From the IMG/VR virus record IMGVR_UViG_3300023184_000150, positions 1 to 57,429 of that record: DNA of 57,429 bases. The stretch is one strand, 5' to 3'. The notes beneath the pieces were generated by a model. That model saw only the letters and a program-made list of their open reading frames with translations. It did not search any database and had not been told where the DNA came from. Source of the stretch: a virus (lineage: Duplodnaviria > Caudoviricetes). Positions 22,301 to 32,101 of this stretch are shown here, in pieces (position 1 is the first letter of the stretch; each line of letters opens with the position of its first letter). The position numbers were made by a program, and so were the translations under genes.

Positions 22301-25300
22301 ATGGTGTCTGCACCTGGATATACAATACCAAATTCTAATAGTATAGGTACAGTAAAATTATTTAAAAAGAATAACACCACAAAATTATTAAACGAATATT
22401 TTGATTATACATTAGGTGCAGGATATTGTACATCTAGTGCTGATACTCAGTTTGGTTATTCAATAGCGTACGATAGTAACAAAAAATTGTTTTTTACAGG
22501 AGCGCCTGGTGCATCCAACGTTGTTATTAACACTTCAGACATAGGTGTTAGATATATTTCAGTTTTTAGTACATCAACATTAGGAACTGCAAAAGGTTTT
22601 AATTCAGAGGGAGTAGTTAAGGTCCATGGTATTGATTCTAATAAAGAAATATATACTAAAGTTTTGGTAAGTCCAGTTTCAACTACTACATATACAGCAT
22701 CACATCTTCGTTTCGGACATTCCTTATACATTACTCAACCTAATGCTAATTCTAACACAACCTTGCTAGTAGGTGCTCCGGGCGATTCCACAACAAGTAC
22801 TACTGGTTTTGTTTATACTTACAGCGTAACACCAACTGCTGATATCATGATTCAAACTCCCATCTGGATTCGTCCTAATGGATCATTAACACCCGGCAGT
22901 CAATTTGGACATAAAATTGCAGGTGATACATCAGGAACAATTATTGCTATTAGTGCTCTGAAACATATTGAAGGCGATAACGTTGGAATGGTTCAATTAT
23001 TTGATAAAACGTTATCTTGGTTCCAAACTATATATTCACCGTTTGGAACATCTGCTGAATTTGGTAATGATGTAACGGTGTCCTCTGATGGTTCTTTGAT
23101 GTTTATATCATCAACTAATTCAAAAGCATTGGGAGAATCATCAGGTAAAGTTGCTGTTTATAAAAAAACAGGAACAGGAGTTGTATTCCAATACAAAACA
23201 TCTCGTGCTCGAGTGATACTTTTGCTTGCTGCTAATATTAATGCTCCACTTTATTATGGAGAAGAGACAATTCTAAATTGGATGATGCAAGATTTATATA
23301 CTCAGGCAGACATAGATGCATTTAATCAATTTTGGATTGACTATAGATTAGCAAATCCAATCGACGCAGCAATATATGATGCACAACGAGTAGCAGACTC
23401 TGTTAATGCGGTAAGCACTAGATTTTATGTAATTGGAGCATATCAAGACAATGCCGATGCACCTTTGTATCCAACTGAGGAAAATATTAGATACTGGATG
23501 TTGAACGGAATAGATAATAACCGCGCTAATTTTAACGCAGCAATTGCAGCAAATAATATAGCCAATCCTAAAGAATATCGAAGGATACTTGAAGAACGAG
23601 CATTGGCAACATCTCAATCAGGGTACATATTTACGTTGAATCAAATTATTGACAATCCTCTACAAAATAATAATTTAAATTTTGGACAATCAATAGTTAT
23701 TAGTAAAGATAATAATATATTAGCGATAAGTTCTCTTGGTATAAACAAATCCGAATTTGTAAAATTTGATGAAAAGTCTAAAAAAGGTGAGACAACATTT
23801 GATGGTGATACAACTAAGTTTATTAATTCTATACCAGATGCAGGCACAGTATTGGTTTATAATAACCTAAATGGGTATTTCATAATAGCAGAAGAAATTA
23901 TAAACGAATCAATATTAGAAAATAGTAGATACGGAGCATCTTTGTCTATTACAAATGATGATTTATTTGTAGGCTATCCAACTGGTACAGAATATAGCGG
24001 AACAGATAAATCTGGTTTTTCTCAATTTTCCAAAATTTCAGATACTGGAAGCTGGAAATTACTTAGAGAACAAGATCGTTCTGTAGATATTACCACAGTT
24101 GATAGAGTAGCATTAATTGATTCTATTAAAGAAGAAGTTGTAGAATATTTAGATATAATTGATCCCTTGAAGGGAAAAATTGCAGGAATGGCTGAACAAG
24201 AATTAAAATATAAATCAGTATTTGATCCTGCAATTTATACAATAGGTATCGCTTCTTCAATAGTTGATACTGAGTCAAGCTGGATAGATGATCATATAGG
24301 AGAACTATGGTGGGATTTAAGTACAGCAAAATATCAATGGTATGAGCAAGGTGATGATATATTCAGAAAAAATAATTGGGGTAAATTGTTTCCTGGAGCA
24401 AGCATAGATGTCTATGAATGGGTTAGATCTGAGTTAATGCCCAGTGAATGGGCTGCTCAAGCTGATACTAATGTAGGACTAACTAAAGGAATTAGTGGCC
24501 AACCTAAATATCCAGACAACAGCATTGTTTCTATTAAACAAAAATTTAATAACGTAACAAACTCTTTTGAAAATGTATATTTTTTCTGGGTTAAAAATAA
24601 AGTAACAGTTCCTGATGCTAAAAATAGAAGAATAAGTAGTTATCAAGTAGCTAGTATTATTGCAGATCCTGTATCTAATGGATTAAAATTTATTGAAATT
24701 TTATCAGCAAATAGTTTAGCATTTGCAAATATTCAATCAATGCTTATTGGAAATAGAATAAATGCAAATATTTCAATTGACACTACAAGTAATGAAATAC
24801 CAAAACACACAGAATGGGTATTATTATCAGAAGGTGATCCTAACGGAATTCCGCCTGCTTCAATTGAGAAAAAATTATTCGATAGCACCTTAGGACATGA
24901 TCCAGATGGAAATAAAGTTCCTGCAACTGGTTTAACTTATAGAAACAAATATGGAATTGGAATAAGACCTCAGCAATCTCTGTTTAAAGATAGGATAGAA
25001 GCTTTACGAAATATTGTTGAATTTGCTAATTCAATTTTAATTAAAAATAAAATAACAGGTAATTATAGCTTTGATAATTTAACTAAGATTGATCCAATAC
25101 CTGATATCTTTTATAGAGAATTTGATGCAAAAGTTGAAAGTTTATCAGATTTGGATAATATATCGACTACTAATTTTTCCCAAGCAATAATAGAATGTCA
25201 AGTAGATAATGGTAAAATAATTTCAGCAGATGTAATATCTTCCGGTTATGGATATATGTATCCTCCTAAGGTAACTATACTATCAGACAATGTATCCGAT

Positions 25301-28300
25301 GCTGAAATTTTAACAGAAATTGATGACGACGGTAAAGTAATAAATCTAACAATTTCAAATTCTGGAGATGGATTTGCTTCAGCACCGACATTAATTGTTC
25401 GTCCTCAAACTATTATTGTTGAAATAAATTCAGAATATGGTAATAGATGGACTAAACATCAATATGATTATAATTCATTATCATGGGTAAGAATTAAAAA
25501 TCAAACATATAATACTCCGTTATATTGGGAATATGTTGATTGGAGTAGTGAATCATTTAATTCTTTTAAAGCATACTCATATGTATTAGATGGAGTATAT
25601 GAATTAGATTCTGCTAAAAATTTACTTCCAGGTGCATATGTAAAAGTTAATAATGTAGTTGAGGGAAATTACATTATTCTTGAAAGAATGTCTAACAATA
25701 TAATAGGTAATTTTTCTGAAAATTATGATATTGTATTTGTAAAAAATGGAACAATACAAATTTTAGATACATTATGGAATTATTCTGAATCAAATTATGC
25801 ATATGATATTGCAACATTAGATGAAACGTTGTATGATCAAATTCCAGACTTAGAAGTATTCAATATATTATACGCATTAAAACATGATATTTTTATTAAT
25901 GATTTAAGAGTAAATTGGAATTTATTATTCTTTGTAGCAGTTAAATATGCGCTAACTGAACAGAAATTATTAGATTGGGCATTTAAAACATCTTTTATAA
26001 ACATTACTAATTTTATAGGAACATTAGATCAACGTCCTGTTTATAAATTAGATAATGAACAATATTTTGAAGATTATATTAATGAAGTTAAACCATATCA
26101 TAGTCAAATTAGAAAATACACATCTAATTACGCATATTTAGATAACACTGATGAAAATTCTCCATTAAGTGCAACAGATTTTGATTTGCCACCTTACTAT
26201 AATACTGTAACTGATAAATTTGAAGTTGTAGGATTATCAAATTCACTAATAAATTCTCAACCGTGGAAATCTTGGGCAGATAATTATACTTCTGAAATTG
26301 GTGAAATTGTAGTTTCAAATAACGGAACACTTTATACCCAACGTCCAATAGTACGTGTTACTGGAGGAGGAATCCATGTTACTTCTACAGCCACTGCTGA
26401 AGCTTACATAAGAAATGGCGGAATTTACAAAATAGTTGTAACTAATCCAGGTGCCGGATATACCGAAAATCCTGTAATAACAATCTCCGGTGGCGGCCCA
26501 ATGGTATATAGCACTGCTACTGCATCGGCACGTTTATTAAATTTAAAAACAAGGAAAAATTTAATAGGTATTAAATTTGATAGAGTAAATGCAAACTCCG
26601 AAATAGGAATTACATCAGTAACTGATACATTTACATGTACCGGTGATACTGATAAATTTGTGCTTACATGGTTAGCAGATCCTAATAAAGAAAACATTCT
26701 ACCTACTTTAGATAAGCAATTAATACTATCTACTGATTATACAATTGAGTATTACACTGAAGAATATAATGGATATACAAAAAAATATTCTAGATTTGTA
26801 TTTTTAAATGTTGTACCTTCTGTAAATCAAATATTCAGAATTACATATAATAAAAATATTAATTTATATACTGCGGTTGATAGAATTGAAAATTTATATA
26901 CTTCAACCGCAGTGCTATCAACGTTGATGACAGGAACAGTTTATCCTGGATCAATCATTCAAGGATTACCATTTGATTATTCAGTACCATGGGATACCGT
27001 TCAAGGTAACGGAAATTTTGGAGTTGATAATTCAACATGGAGTGAGCTTGTAAATTATTATACAACTGCAAAATTAATTAGTACTGCTACATTTGGTGCT
27101 TCTACATTATATCTTAACACCACCACGGGTATTGTTCCTGGACAAGTTATTAATATTTTAAACTCATCAACAATTCGTATTAGACCTGATACAATTGTTA
27201 AATCTGTTAATGCTTCTACAAGATCTATAACAATTAGTAAACCGTCATATAGAATAATAAATGCTAGCTCTACTGCTACCGCAGTCGGATCTTCTATAAT
27301 TATCAGAACTACTCCGCCGTTTAATGGAGGTATAGTTAAAGATGATAATGTTATTATTACTGGAATTACTTCTGGCGGTTATAACGGAACTTATAAAGTT
27401 TTTTCTGTACTAGACGCTGATCAATTTTATATTAAATCAACATCGGTATTATCAACAACAAAACCAATTATTAGTTTAATTGCTTCTGCAACTATTGCGA
27501 CTATACTTACTACAATTGATTCTAACAATGTATTAATAGATAGATATGAGGGAATTTATAAATCTGCATCATCTATGATTGTTGTTAATTTAGATACATT
27601 ATATGATGATATAATTAAAATATCTGTATTTTTAGATGAATCTCCTACAGAGTTAGAAACTGGAATTCCTATTGTAGGACCATATCCTGGTGCAGAATAT
27701 TATTATATGGCCAAGGGTAGTAACGGTAAAGCCATTGCATCTTTTTATCATATGTCTTCTCCTAGTTATAGTATTCGACTATTAGTTTATGGTTGTCCTA
27801 CTATTGAATTCTGGAAACCTGATACATTAGTTTCTAAATTAGATACATCTATATCCGGCGGCACCTTAGCAGCAGGAGTATCAGGAGCAATCATTGACGG
27901 GGATGCATTTTTAAATGTAAGAAACGGATACGCTCCTGAAGAATTAGTTGCAGGACATTCTCTTGATAGTGTTGGTATTAATGTATATACAAAAGCAGAT
28001 AGTTCATATGCTACAGTAGTTTCTGGATCGTTTCCTGTTATAGCAGGAGAAATAACAACTGCCACTATAAGCATGAATGCATTTGCAGGATTAATGGTTC
28101 ATTATAATGGCAAAAACTTTAACAGATTGACATCTGCTGACACAAATTCAGGCCCATATTTTAGTAATATAATAGGAACGCCAGTAGGAAGTGGATCATT
28201 AACTCAATTACAAACACCTTTATTGGATGACTATTCTCAAGGACCGTTTAATCTAGGATTTACATGGAATATGTTTGGTGTTAATTATACGGACGTACAT

Positions 28301-31300
28301 GTAGGAACAAACGGATATTTAACATTTGGCGGCGGTTCTGATTTATGGACTCCATTAACAATAAATGCGCTTCCGTACCCTGCTATTTTTGTAGAATATT
28401 GCGATCTTTGGCAAAAATATGGAATTATTAATAGTGCACCTTTAGTAAGCGGTGAGCCTCCGGGATTATTTTATAATAATGGAACAATTGGAGATTTTGC
28501 ATTTTGGAGATTACGTTTTCAAGGATCACATTACATTTATAGAAACAATCCATTAGCTATGCCTACATTTAATTATGAAGTTACATTATATACTAATGGA
28601 GCAGATCAATATATTGAAATAATATATGAGAATGTATGGAAAGGAACAAATGTTAACGGAGACGTTGGATTTGTAGCCGGTGTTGCAAGTGCTAATGGAA
28701 ATTCTAATATTAATATACCTTATACTTCTATCGATAATGAGTCTAGTCATGTATTTTATAGTACTTCCAACGGCGGTAATTGGCAGTATGCAGGTAAAGG
28801 TAAATTTAACGCTTTTAGAAATCCTTTTGCATTTACTACTTCTACTCAATATTATACATTAGGTGATACTATATATCTAGCACCTCAAACAGTATCAGGT
28901 CGTGCAGGATATACAGCAATAGACGTCGGCGGGTCTAGATCTGTAATTGATAGCAATATGATTTTAGTTAGTAATACAAATTCTGCTATAGTAGAAAGTC
29001 TTGCAATTATTGATGATATTCGTAGTGTGTATGTTCTTGTAGATGGAATTGAAAGATCTGATTATATTTTAACTTCTGTAGGAAATAATAATAATAGGGC
29101 TTGCGTCAAAGTTAATAATCTTAGTTCAATTCCTCATACAATAACTGCTTGGTTCTTTGAATCTAAATACACAACCTTTAACAGGGTAAATGAAGAGTTT
29201 ATTACAGTTGGTAGTACTTCAACTTCGGTATTTATTTTATCTACAATACCGGGAGTAATTGAACCAGTAAGTGAAGAAGTAATTATTGAATTGGGTCAAT
29301 TTTCTACACCTTCAATAAGAAAACGATTATTGCCTCCTAAAACAAGTTATTACAAAGTTAGAAGTAATCAACGAGTATTTGATATTGATAATCAATCCCA
29401 GCATCCACAAAATACATACAATGATGAATTGGTAAAAGTTTATGCAAATGGCGTAGAACTTAGACATGGGTTTGATTACACCGTTGATGTTATATTCAGC
29501 ACCATAACACTAGCAGATGGTTTGTTGCATGATGGCGATGTGTTGGCTATAGTTGCATTAAACAATCAAGATTTTATTATTACTGATAATATATTAAAAT
29601 TAACTAACTCCGTAAATAGCGGCACAACTTTAAAAATTACCTCTTTCACTGATCATGATAACATGTTGCTTAGAACTGAGAGATTTAAAGGAAACGGTAC
29701 TGGGAAATTTAAATTGGCATTCCCTGTAATATACGATAGTTATGTCTGGGTATATCAAAATGGCATTCCACTTACTTCTAAATATGATTTTGAAATTTTA
29801 GATAATTCAACAACCATTCAAATTAATAGTCAAATTATTGTTAAAACAACAGACGATATATTAATAACAACAGTAAATCCACCCTCATATGGTAGTCAAA
29901 TTTTAGGGTATAGAGTTTTTAATGACATGTTTAATAGACAACATTTTAAACGTATGTCTACTTTTTATAGCACAACATTATCTAGAAATTTAGCATTTGA
30001 CGATACTGAAATTTATGTAACTGATGCCACTAAATTAATTCCTCCAAATCCATTAACTAATAAACCGGGTGTTGTATTAATTGATGGAGAGCGTATAGAA
30101 TTTATGGTTAAAGATGGAAATGTACTACGACAATTAAGAAGAAGCACATTAGGTACCGGACCAGCAAATATTTCAATTCCGGGCACTACTGTAATAGATC
30201 AAAGTCTTCAACAAACAATTCCATACAATGAAACTATATCTGTACAAACAACTTCTACAATTGCCTCAACTTATATAATCAATACATTGAGTAATCTTGT
30301 TACAGGAGATGGTATAACATTAACCTCTGGAATAGATGCAATACATCAACTTAGTATATATTATGGTGGAAGAGAACTTAGAAAACAATCTTTAACAGTA
30401 CATGATAATACCAAAGCATACGATACAACTTCTACAAGTATATTAATATTACCTCCGGAATTTACAATAACAACTTCTACACAGTTATTAACGTTAAATG
30501 TATTAGATCAACTTAGTATTGATACTAACATAACAATAGTTCAAAAGAAAGGATATGTTTGGTCAGGTACTGAAACATTATTAACTAGTGATGTAATAGA
30601 AGCACATTTCTTAAGAGAAAAAGAAGCAGCATTGCCTGATATATACTATTACGGCGGATTACAGAATTTAACAATAATTGCAGGATCCATCACTGGTGAA
30701 ATTCAAGCCGGTAATCCATTTTTTACTGCTTTTGATATAATATTATCTTTTGGAGGACCTGCAATTTATGTAGGTATAGGTCCTAGACTACCAAAAAATG
30801 GAATAGCAACAACCCTTAATAATAAAATATATTACAAACCTCAACCATCTTGGGAAGGTGTTGATATTTTTGATTATTATATAGTAGACAAGTTTGGTAA
30901 TAAATCTTATGCTCCTGTAACTATATCTACATGGAGACTGCTAGTACAACCGATTACCATAGATGTACCTTATGAAGCTATAGATTTTCCAATAGCCTTT
31001 AATGTAGTTAGAGGTGGTCCTATTTCATATGTAGTTCTTGATCAGAACAACGATCGAATAGGAAATCGAGGCCGCTGGGAGGTTAAAAATGATGGACAAT
31101 TATATTTCACCGCCACTCCTAAATATATATCTGTAGCAGATTTAATTTATATTGGATATACTGCATTTACTATATATGATAGTTTCTCATATTCATATAT
31201 TCTTGTTAGAGTATTACCGCCGGTAGTTCTGACAGCAGGCCCACTTGAAATATATGTTGTAACAAGTAGTACAAATTTCCAATTAGAAGCCTCTGTAATA

Positions 31301-32062
31301 GCCGGAGGTCCTGTTGTTGAAGTTGGTATTTTTTATCAGCCTATTGATGGAATAGCAACTGCTATAAACAATCATATGTATTATACTCCTACTCCTGGTT
31401 TTAAAGGTGAAGATAAATTTTCTTATTATATAAAAGATAATGAAAATAATATATCTACTGCTACTGTAATAGCAAAAGTATTACCTGTAGCAATCAATGA
31501 CAGAGGCAAAGATGTATATTATAATTCAGTTGAAAATTCAATCGAGGTGTTTCTTGCAATTAAGGGAATAATTAATAATTTGCCAGTTTCTTATCCAAAT
31601 CCTACACAAATTAATAGATCTAAATTTGTAATATCTATAATTATGTCACCTAAACACGGAATTGCAACAACTTCTACTTTAGATGTTTTATACACTCCAA
31701 CACCCGGATATTATGGAACCGACTCATTCAAAGTTAGTTTAATAGATGATTACGGAGATGCTACTGTAGCTGAGTATTCTGTAGATGTAGGATTAATTTT
31801 AGCCGGAGCAATTATTATTAATGTTCCAGCAAATAGTAATAATTATCCAATTAAACCAGTTGTTAATAAATTTGGACCAATTTATGGCGTGAGAGTTGAT
31901 ACTCCTCCCTCTCATGGTACTTTAACAGTTGATAATATCAATCTATTGTTATTCTATACGCCGGATCCAGGATGGACAGGAGCTGACACATTTACATATT
32001 CTATACAAGATCAGTATGGTTATTGGTCTCCATCTAAAGCTGGAACAATTACAACGGTTTAA
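16331..32062 (+). CDS. Giant multidomain baseplate/virion protein (5243 aa, gp7-like position)
   Basis: Uninterrupted ORF after gp6. N-terminal LLPEYL; YINEVKPYH; FG-type propeller repeats; G.GY...P repeats; CBM-like, NIDO-like and C-terminal Ig-like repeats. Confidence 0.75.
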   Translation: MASSNKQSANLLPEYLKTDKNSKFLSGTIDPLIQTPQLERVDGFVGSKITPNYNPSTDYYLKENLPLRSEYSLEPALVFKDKSSNITDVVAFDDIINEIKIQGGKTDDLDTLFKNKFYSYDPYIDWDKLVNYNQYYWLTTGPDTIVITPTENIFVDMIGHPSYTMPNGYPLSNGMKIVFTISFTNTSETTTTVITSGTSYIVEGVGSSIQLIDFTLLEVNSSVATVYNETFDGDAFDSYPFDGDSKLPVTPEYITINRASNDLNPWSRYNRWFHADVIKVTSEINNHSSVIYPLDKRAKRPIIEFKPNIQLYNFGNKGIRNVDLIDVDTTSTSLVDGTLGYYVDGVLLEKGNRVIFNASTSTIFTVNYDVTTNPPTLRLIANTSTKLLNSIEVNYGYVNSGTTWHYTTKVVNNVEITKWWKSQQHTKINQAPLFDLYDQYGISYTEKNSNFTGNKIFGYDVGTGKNDSVLGFPLKYQNSVGVGSYLFKNYFMSDAISLTNNENVSYSISAGITYFKVAGELKNVWKIASNYKTPIVEIQTVPTSTSSVIITSITNSATSVVSFVNGSLVKSSLGDDGLSVIFDNKLSVNDTVSLEITASDIPNSNGYFKTPISLTNNPLNGNIETMTLSGLSDHLSTMITSDSNFSGVFPGVSNLRDITGYSTYGKRLIINANPIAFSQIFLGKKEHNVIDAIRYAADQYNQFKMNLFKAISNVDSQLTPADALDVALKEINANRDTRSPYYNSDMLGYGPNKKISTKVATVAGPNQIVYISEFFDLTTLSTRAFFVYVNDIQLIHGTEYIFDNTDSNTIKIVKSISVGDIITVNYYSNTNGSFIPATPSKLGLYPKYKPFKYTDTSFLSTDATVIQCHDGSIIKSYDDYRDDIILEYEKRVYNNIKINYNKNIFDVLASMPGAFRNNDYSLDDATDILSKDFVKWTGIYNIDVTTNNVFDEANQFTWNYVESFDTLFNSPVPGYWRSIYKYFYDTDRPHTHPWEMLGHTDKPSWWDTHYNWVDPLKRTALIIAILYGYTNEPPDTTINSNYARSRFIFIVPVSLSGELLSPAEFLVSENSYYNKKSEWKFGDGGPAETAWKRSSYWPFVSNILAATLYPSSYTASMYDVSRTTFNMLGQLIYNNDLYLNPSKLLIDGDVQTAGYGVYVVEKGKQKDLQYVASLKQDLTYINFNLFHKLGGFASKDKLQIIIDSIDPVSQAPGAILPLEDYSLILNVSNPIKSASISGIIIQRSNGKFIIKGYDKNNPYFNILKPNKQSQAKRITVGGVSSAFTDWTGIVNNGNSGLSSIDITSAAPNTTHYYKTGQIVRYNGAYYIVKVGHTSQSVFDPTLFQKLPELPMTGGATVASYAKFENETTKVIYGTSFNNIQDVYDLLVGYGAYLESQGFIFDEYNADLNDIVNWKFTGKEFLYWTTQNWAEGNLITLSPFSDYLKYSFADSIVDDIAYSRYEYSLLKADGKSFPIDKFRLSREDGVCIINTIDTLDGIFFATLNSVQKEHGMVFNNSTIFNDTIYDIETGYKQQRIKLSGFRTLGWNGDLSSPGFVYDNVKITDWNSYGIYLPGNIVRYNGSYYEANVKISSDATFDFNKWTKLNSKPESNLLPNFDYKINQFEDFYSLDIDNFDATQQQLAQHLVGYTPRTYFNNIFTNPITQYKFYQGFIKEKGTKNAIDKLDKVGKFTRQGNIKFNEDWAFRIGEYGSFNTYNELEFTLDEGGTLENPYIVKLVDELPSDKNPLINYIVTSDLLLVSENNITTSTFVTNPSTFFDNNLTLITAGYVRMDDVTATAYNKNSLLDIANNSVLSNGDTIWLGFLENGDWGVSRYSKQSAKIAGVYVSAPATSITFTTDRNHELSVGEIISVVRFNNQVNGIHIITDIPRLDQFTVASALTTIVNADLLSYGELFKFENARYANVEELSNIKTLLRYKEGEKFWIDENADGKWQVYEKTKNYSTATNFVGPATPLNQHLGQSIYSSDNSDVVMVSAPGYTIPNSNSIGTVKLFKKNNTTKLLNEYFDYTLGAGYCTSSADTQFGYSIAYDSNKKLFFTGAPGASNVVINTSDIGVRYISVFSTSTLGTAKGFNSEGVVKVHGIDSNKEIYTKVLVSPVSTTTYTASHLRFGHSLYITQPNANSNTTLLVGAPGDSTTSTTGFVYTYSVTPTADIMIQTPIWIRPNGSLTPGSQFGHKIAGDTSGTIIAISALKHIEGDNVGMVQLFDKTLSWFQTIYSPFGTSAEFGNDVTVSSDGSLMFISSTNSKALGESSGKVAVYKKTGTGVVFQYKTSRARVILLLAANINAPLYYGEETILNWMMQDLYTQADIDAFNQFWIDYRLANPIDAAIYDAQRVADSVNAVSTRFYVIGAYQDNADAPLYPTEENIRYWMLNGIDNNRANFNAAIAANNIANPKEYRRILEERALATSQSGYIFTLNQIIDNPLQNNNLNFGQSIVISKDNNILAISSLGINKSEFVKFDEKSKKGETTFDGDTTKFINSIPDAGTVLVYNNLNGYFIIAEEIINESILENSRYGASLSITNDDLFVGYPTGTEYSGTDKSGFSQFSKISDTGSWKLLREQDRSVDITTVDRVALIDSIKEEVVEYLDIIDPLKGKIAGMAEQELKYKSVFDPAIYTIGIASSIVDTESSWIDDHIGELWWDLSTAKYQWYEQGDDIFRKNNWGKLFPGASIDVYEWVRSELMPSEWAAQADTNVGLTKGISGQPKYPDNSIVSIKQKFNNVTNSFENVYFFWVKNKVTVPDAKNRRISSYQVASIIADPVSNGLKFIEILSANSLAFANIQSMLIGNRINANISIDTTSNEIPKHTEWVLLSEGDPNGIPPASIEKKLFDSTLGHDPDGNKVPATGLTYRNKYGIGIRPQQSLFKDRIEALRNIVEFANSILIKNKITGNYSFDNLTKIDPIPDIFYREFDAKVESLSDLDNISTTNFSQAIIECQVDNGKIISADVISSGYGYMYPPKVTILSDNVSDAEILTEIDDDGKVINLTISNSGDGFASAPTLIVRPQTIIVEINSEYGNRWTKHQYDYNSLSWVRIKNQTYNTPLYWEYVDWSSESFNSFKAYSYVLDGVYELDSAKNLLPGAYVKVNNVVEGNYIILERMSNNIIGNFSENYDIVFVKNGTIQILDTLWNYSESNYAYDIATLDETLYDQIPDLEVFNILYALKHDIFINDLRVNWNLLFFVAVKYALTEQKLLDWAFKTSFINITNFIGTLDQRPVYKLDNEQYFEDYINEVKPYHSQIRKYTSNYAYLDNTDENSPLSATDFDLPPYYNTVTDKFEVVGLSNSLINSQPWKSWADNYTSEIGEIVVSNNGTLYTQRPIVRVTGGGIHVTSTATAEAYIRNGGIYKIVVTNPGAGYTENPVITISGGGPMVYSTATASARLLNLKTRKNLIGIKFDRVNANSEIGITSVTDTFTCTGDTDKFVLTWLADPNKENILPTLDKQLILSTDYTIEYYTEEYNGYTKKYSRFVFLNVVPSVNQIFRITYNKNINLYTAVDRIENLYTSTAVLSTLMTGTVYPGSIIQGLPFDYSVPWDTVQGNGNFGVDNSTWSELVNYYTTAKLISTATFGASTLYLNTTTGIVPGQVINILNSSTIRIRPDTIVKSVNASTRSITISKPSYRIINASSTATAVGSSIIIRTTPPFNGGIVKDDNVIITGITSGGYNGTYKVFSVLDADQFYIKSTSVLSTTKPIISLIASATIATILTTIDSNNVLIDRYEGIYKSASSMIVVNLDTLYDDIIKISVFLDESPTELETGIPIVGPYPGAEYYYMAKGSNGKAIASFYHMSSPSYSIRLLVYGCPTIEFWKPDTLVSKLDTSISGGTLAAGVSGAIIDGDAFLNVRNGYAPEELVAGHSLDSVGINVYTKADSSYATVVSGSFPVIAGEITTATISMNAFAGLMVHYNGKNFNRLTSADTNSGPYFSNIIGTPVGSGSLTQLQTPLLDDYSQGPFNLGFTWNMFGVNYTDVHVGTNGYLTFGGGSDLWTPLTINALPYPAIFVEYCDLWQKYGIINSAPLVSGEPPGLFYNNGTIGDFAFWRLRFQGSHYIYRNNPLAMPTFNYEVTLYTNGADQYIEIIYENVWKGTNVNGDVGFVAGVASANGNSNINIPYTSIDNESSHVFYSTSNGGNWQYAGKGKFNAFRNPFAFTTSTQYYTLGDTIYLAPQTVSGRAGYTAIDVGGSRSVIDSNMILVSNTNSAIVESLAIIDDIRSVYVLVDGIERSDYILTSVGNNNNRACVKVNNLSSIPHTITAWFFESKYTTFNRVNEEFITVGSTSTSVFILSTIPGVIEPVSEEVIIELGQFSTPSIRKRLLPPKTSYYKVRSNQRVFDIDNQSQHPQNTYNDELVKVYANGVELRHGFDYTVDVIFSTITLADGLLHDGDVLAIVALNNQDFIITDNILKLTNSVNSGTTLKITSFTDHDNMLLRTERFKGNGTGKFKLAFPVIYDSYVWVYQNGIPLTSKYDFEILDNSTTIQINSQIIVKTTDDILITTVNPPSYGSQILGYRVFNDMFNRQHFKRMSTFYSTTLSRNLAFDDTEIYVTDATKLIPPNPLTNKPGVVLIDGERIEFMVKDGNVLRQLRRSTLGTGPANISIPGTTVIDQSLQQTIPYNETISVQTTSTIASTYIINTLSNLVTGDGITLTSGIDAIHQLSIYYGGRELRKQSLTVHDNTKAYDTTSTSILILPPEFTITTSTQLLTLNVLDQLSIDTNITIVQKKGYVWSGTETLLTSDVIEAHFLREKEAALPDIYYYGGLQNLTIIAGSITGEIQAGNPFFTAFDIILSFGGPAIYVGIGPRLPKNGIATTLNNKIYYKPQPSWEGVDIFDYYIVDKFGNKSYAPVTISTWRLLVQPITIDVPYEAIDFPIAFNVVRGGPISYVVLDQNNDRIGNRGRWEVKNDGQLYFTATPKYISVADLIYIGYTAFTIYDSFSYSYILVRVLPPVVLTAGPLEIYVVTSSTNFQLEASVIAGGPVVEVGIFYQPIDGIATAINNHMYYTPTPGFKGEDKFSYYIKDNENNISTATVIAKVLPVAINDRGKDVYYNSVENSIEVFLAIKGIINNLPVSYPNPTQINRSKFVISIIMSPKHGIATTSTLDVLYTPTPGYYGTDSFKVSLIDDYGDATVAEYSVDVGLILAGAIIINVPANSNNYPIKPVVNKFGPIYGVRVDTPPSHGTLTVDNINLLLFYTPDPGWTGADTFTYSIQDQYGYWSPSKAGTITTV

Positions 32063-32089
32063 ACAATATTATTTTGATAAATTATAAAG

Positions 32090-32096
32090 ATAAATA
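32090..32096 (+). promoter_or_regulatory. Putative late promoter (ATAAATA)
   Basis: 5 nt before ATG 32102. Confidence 0.5.
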
Positions 32097-32101
32097 CCAT
32101 T

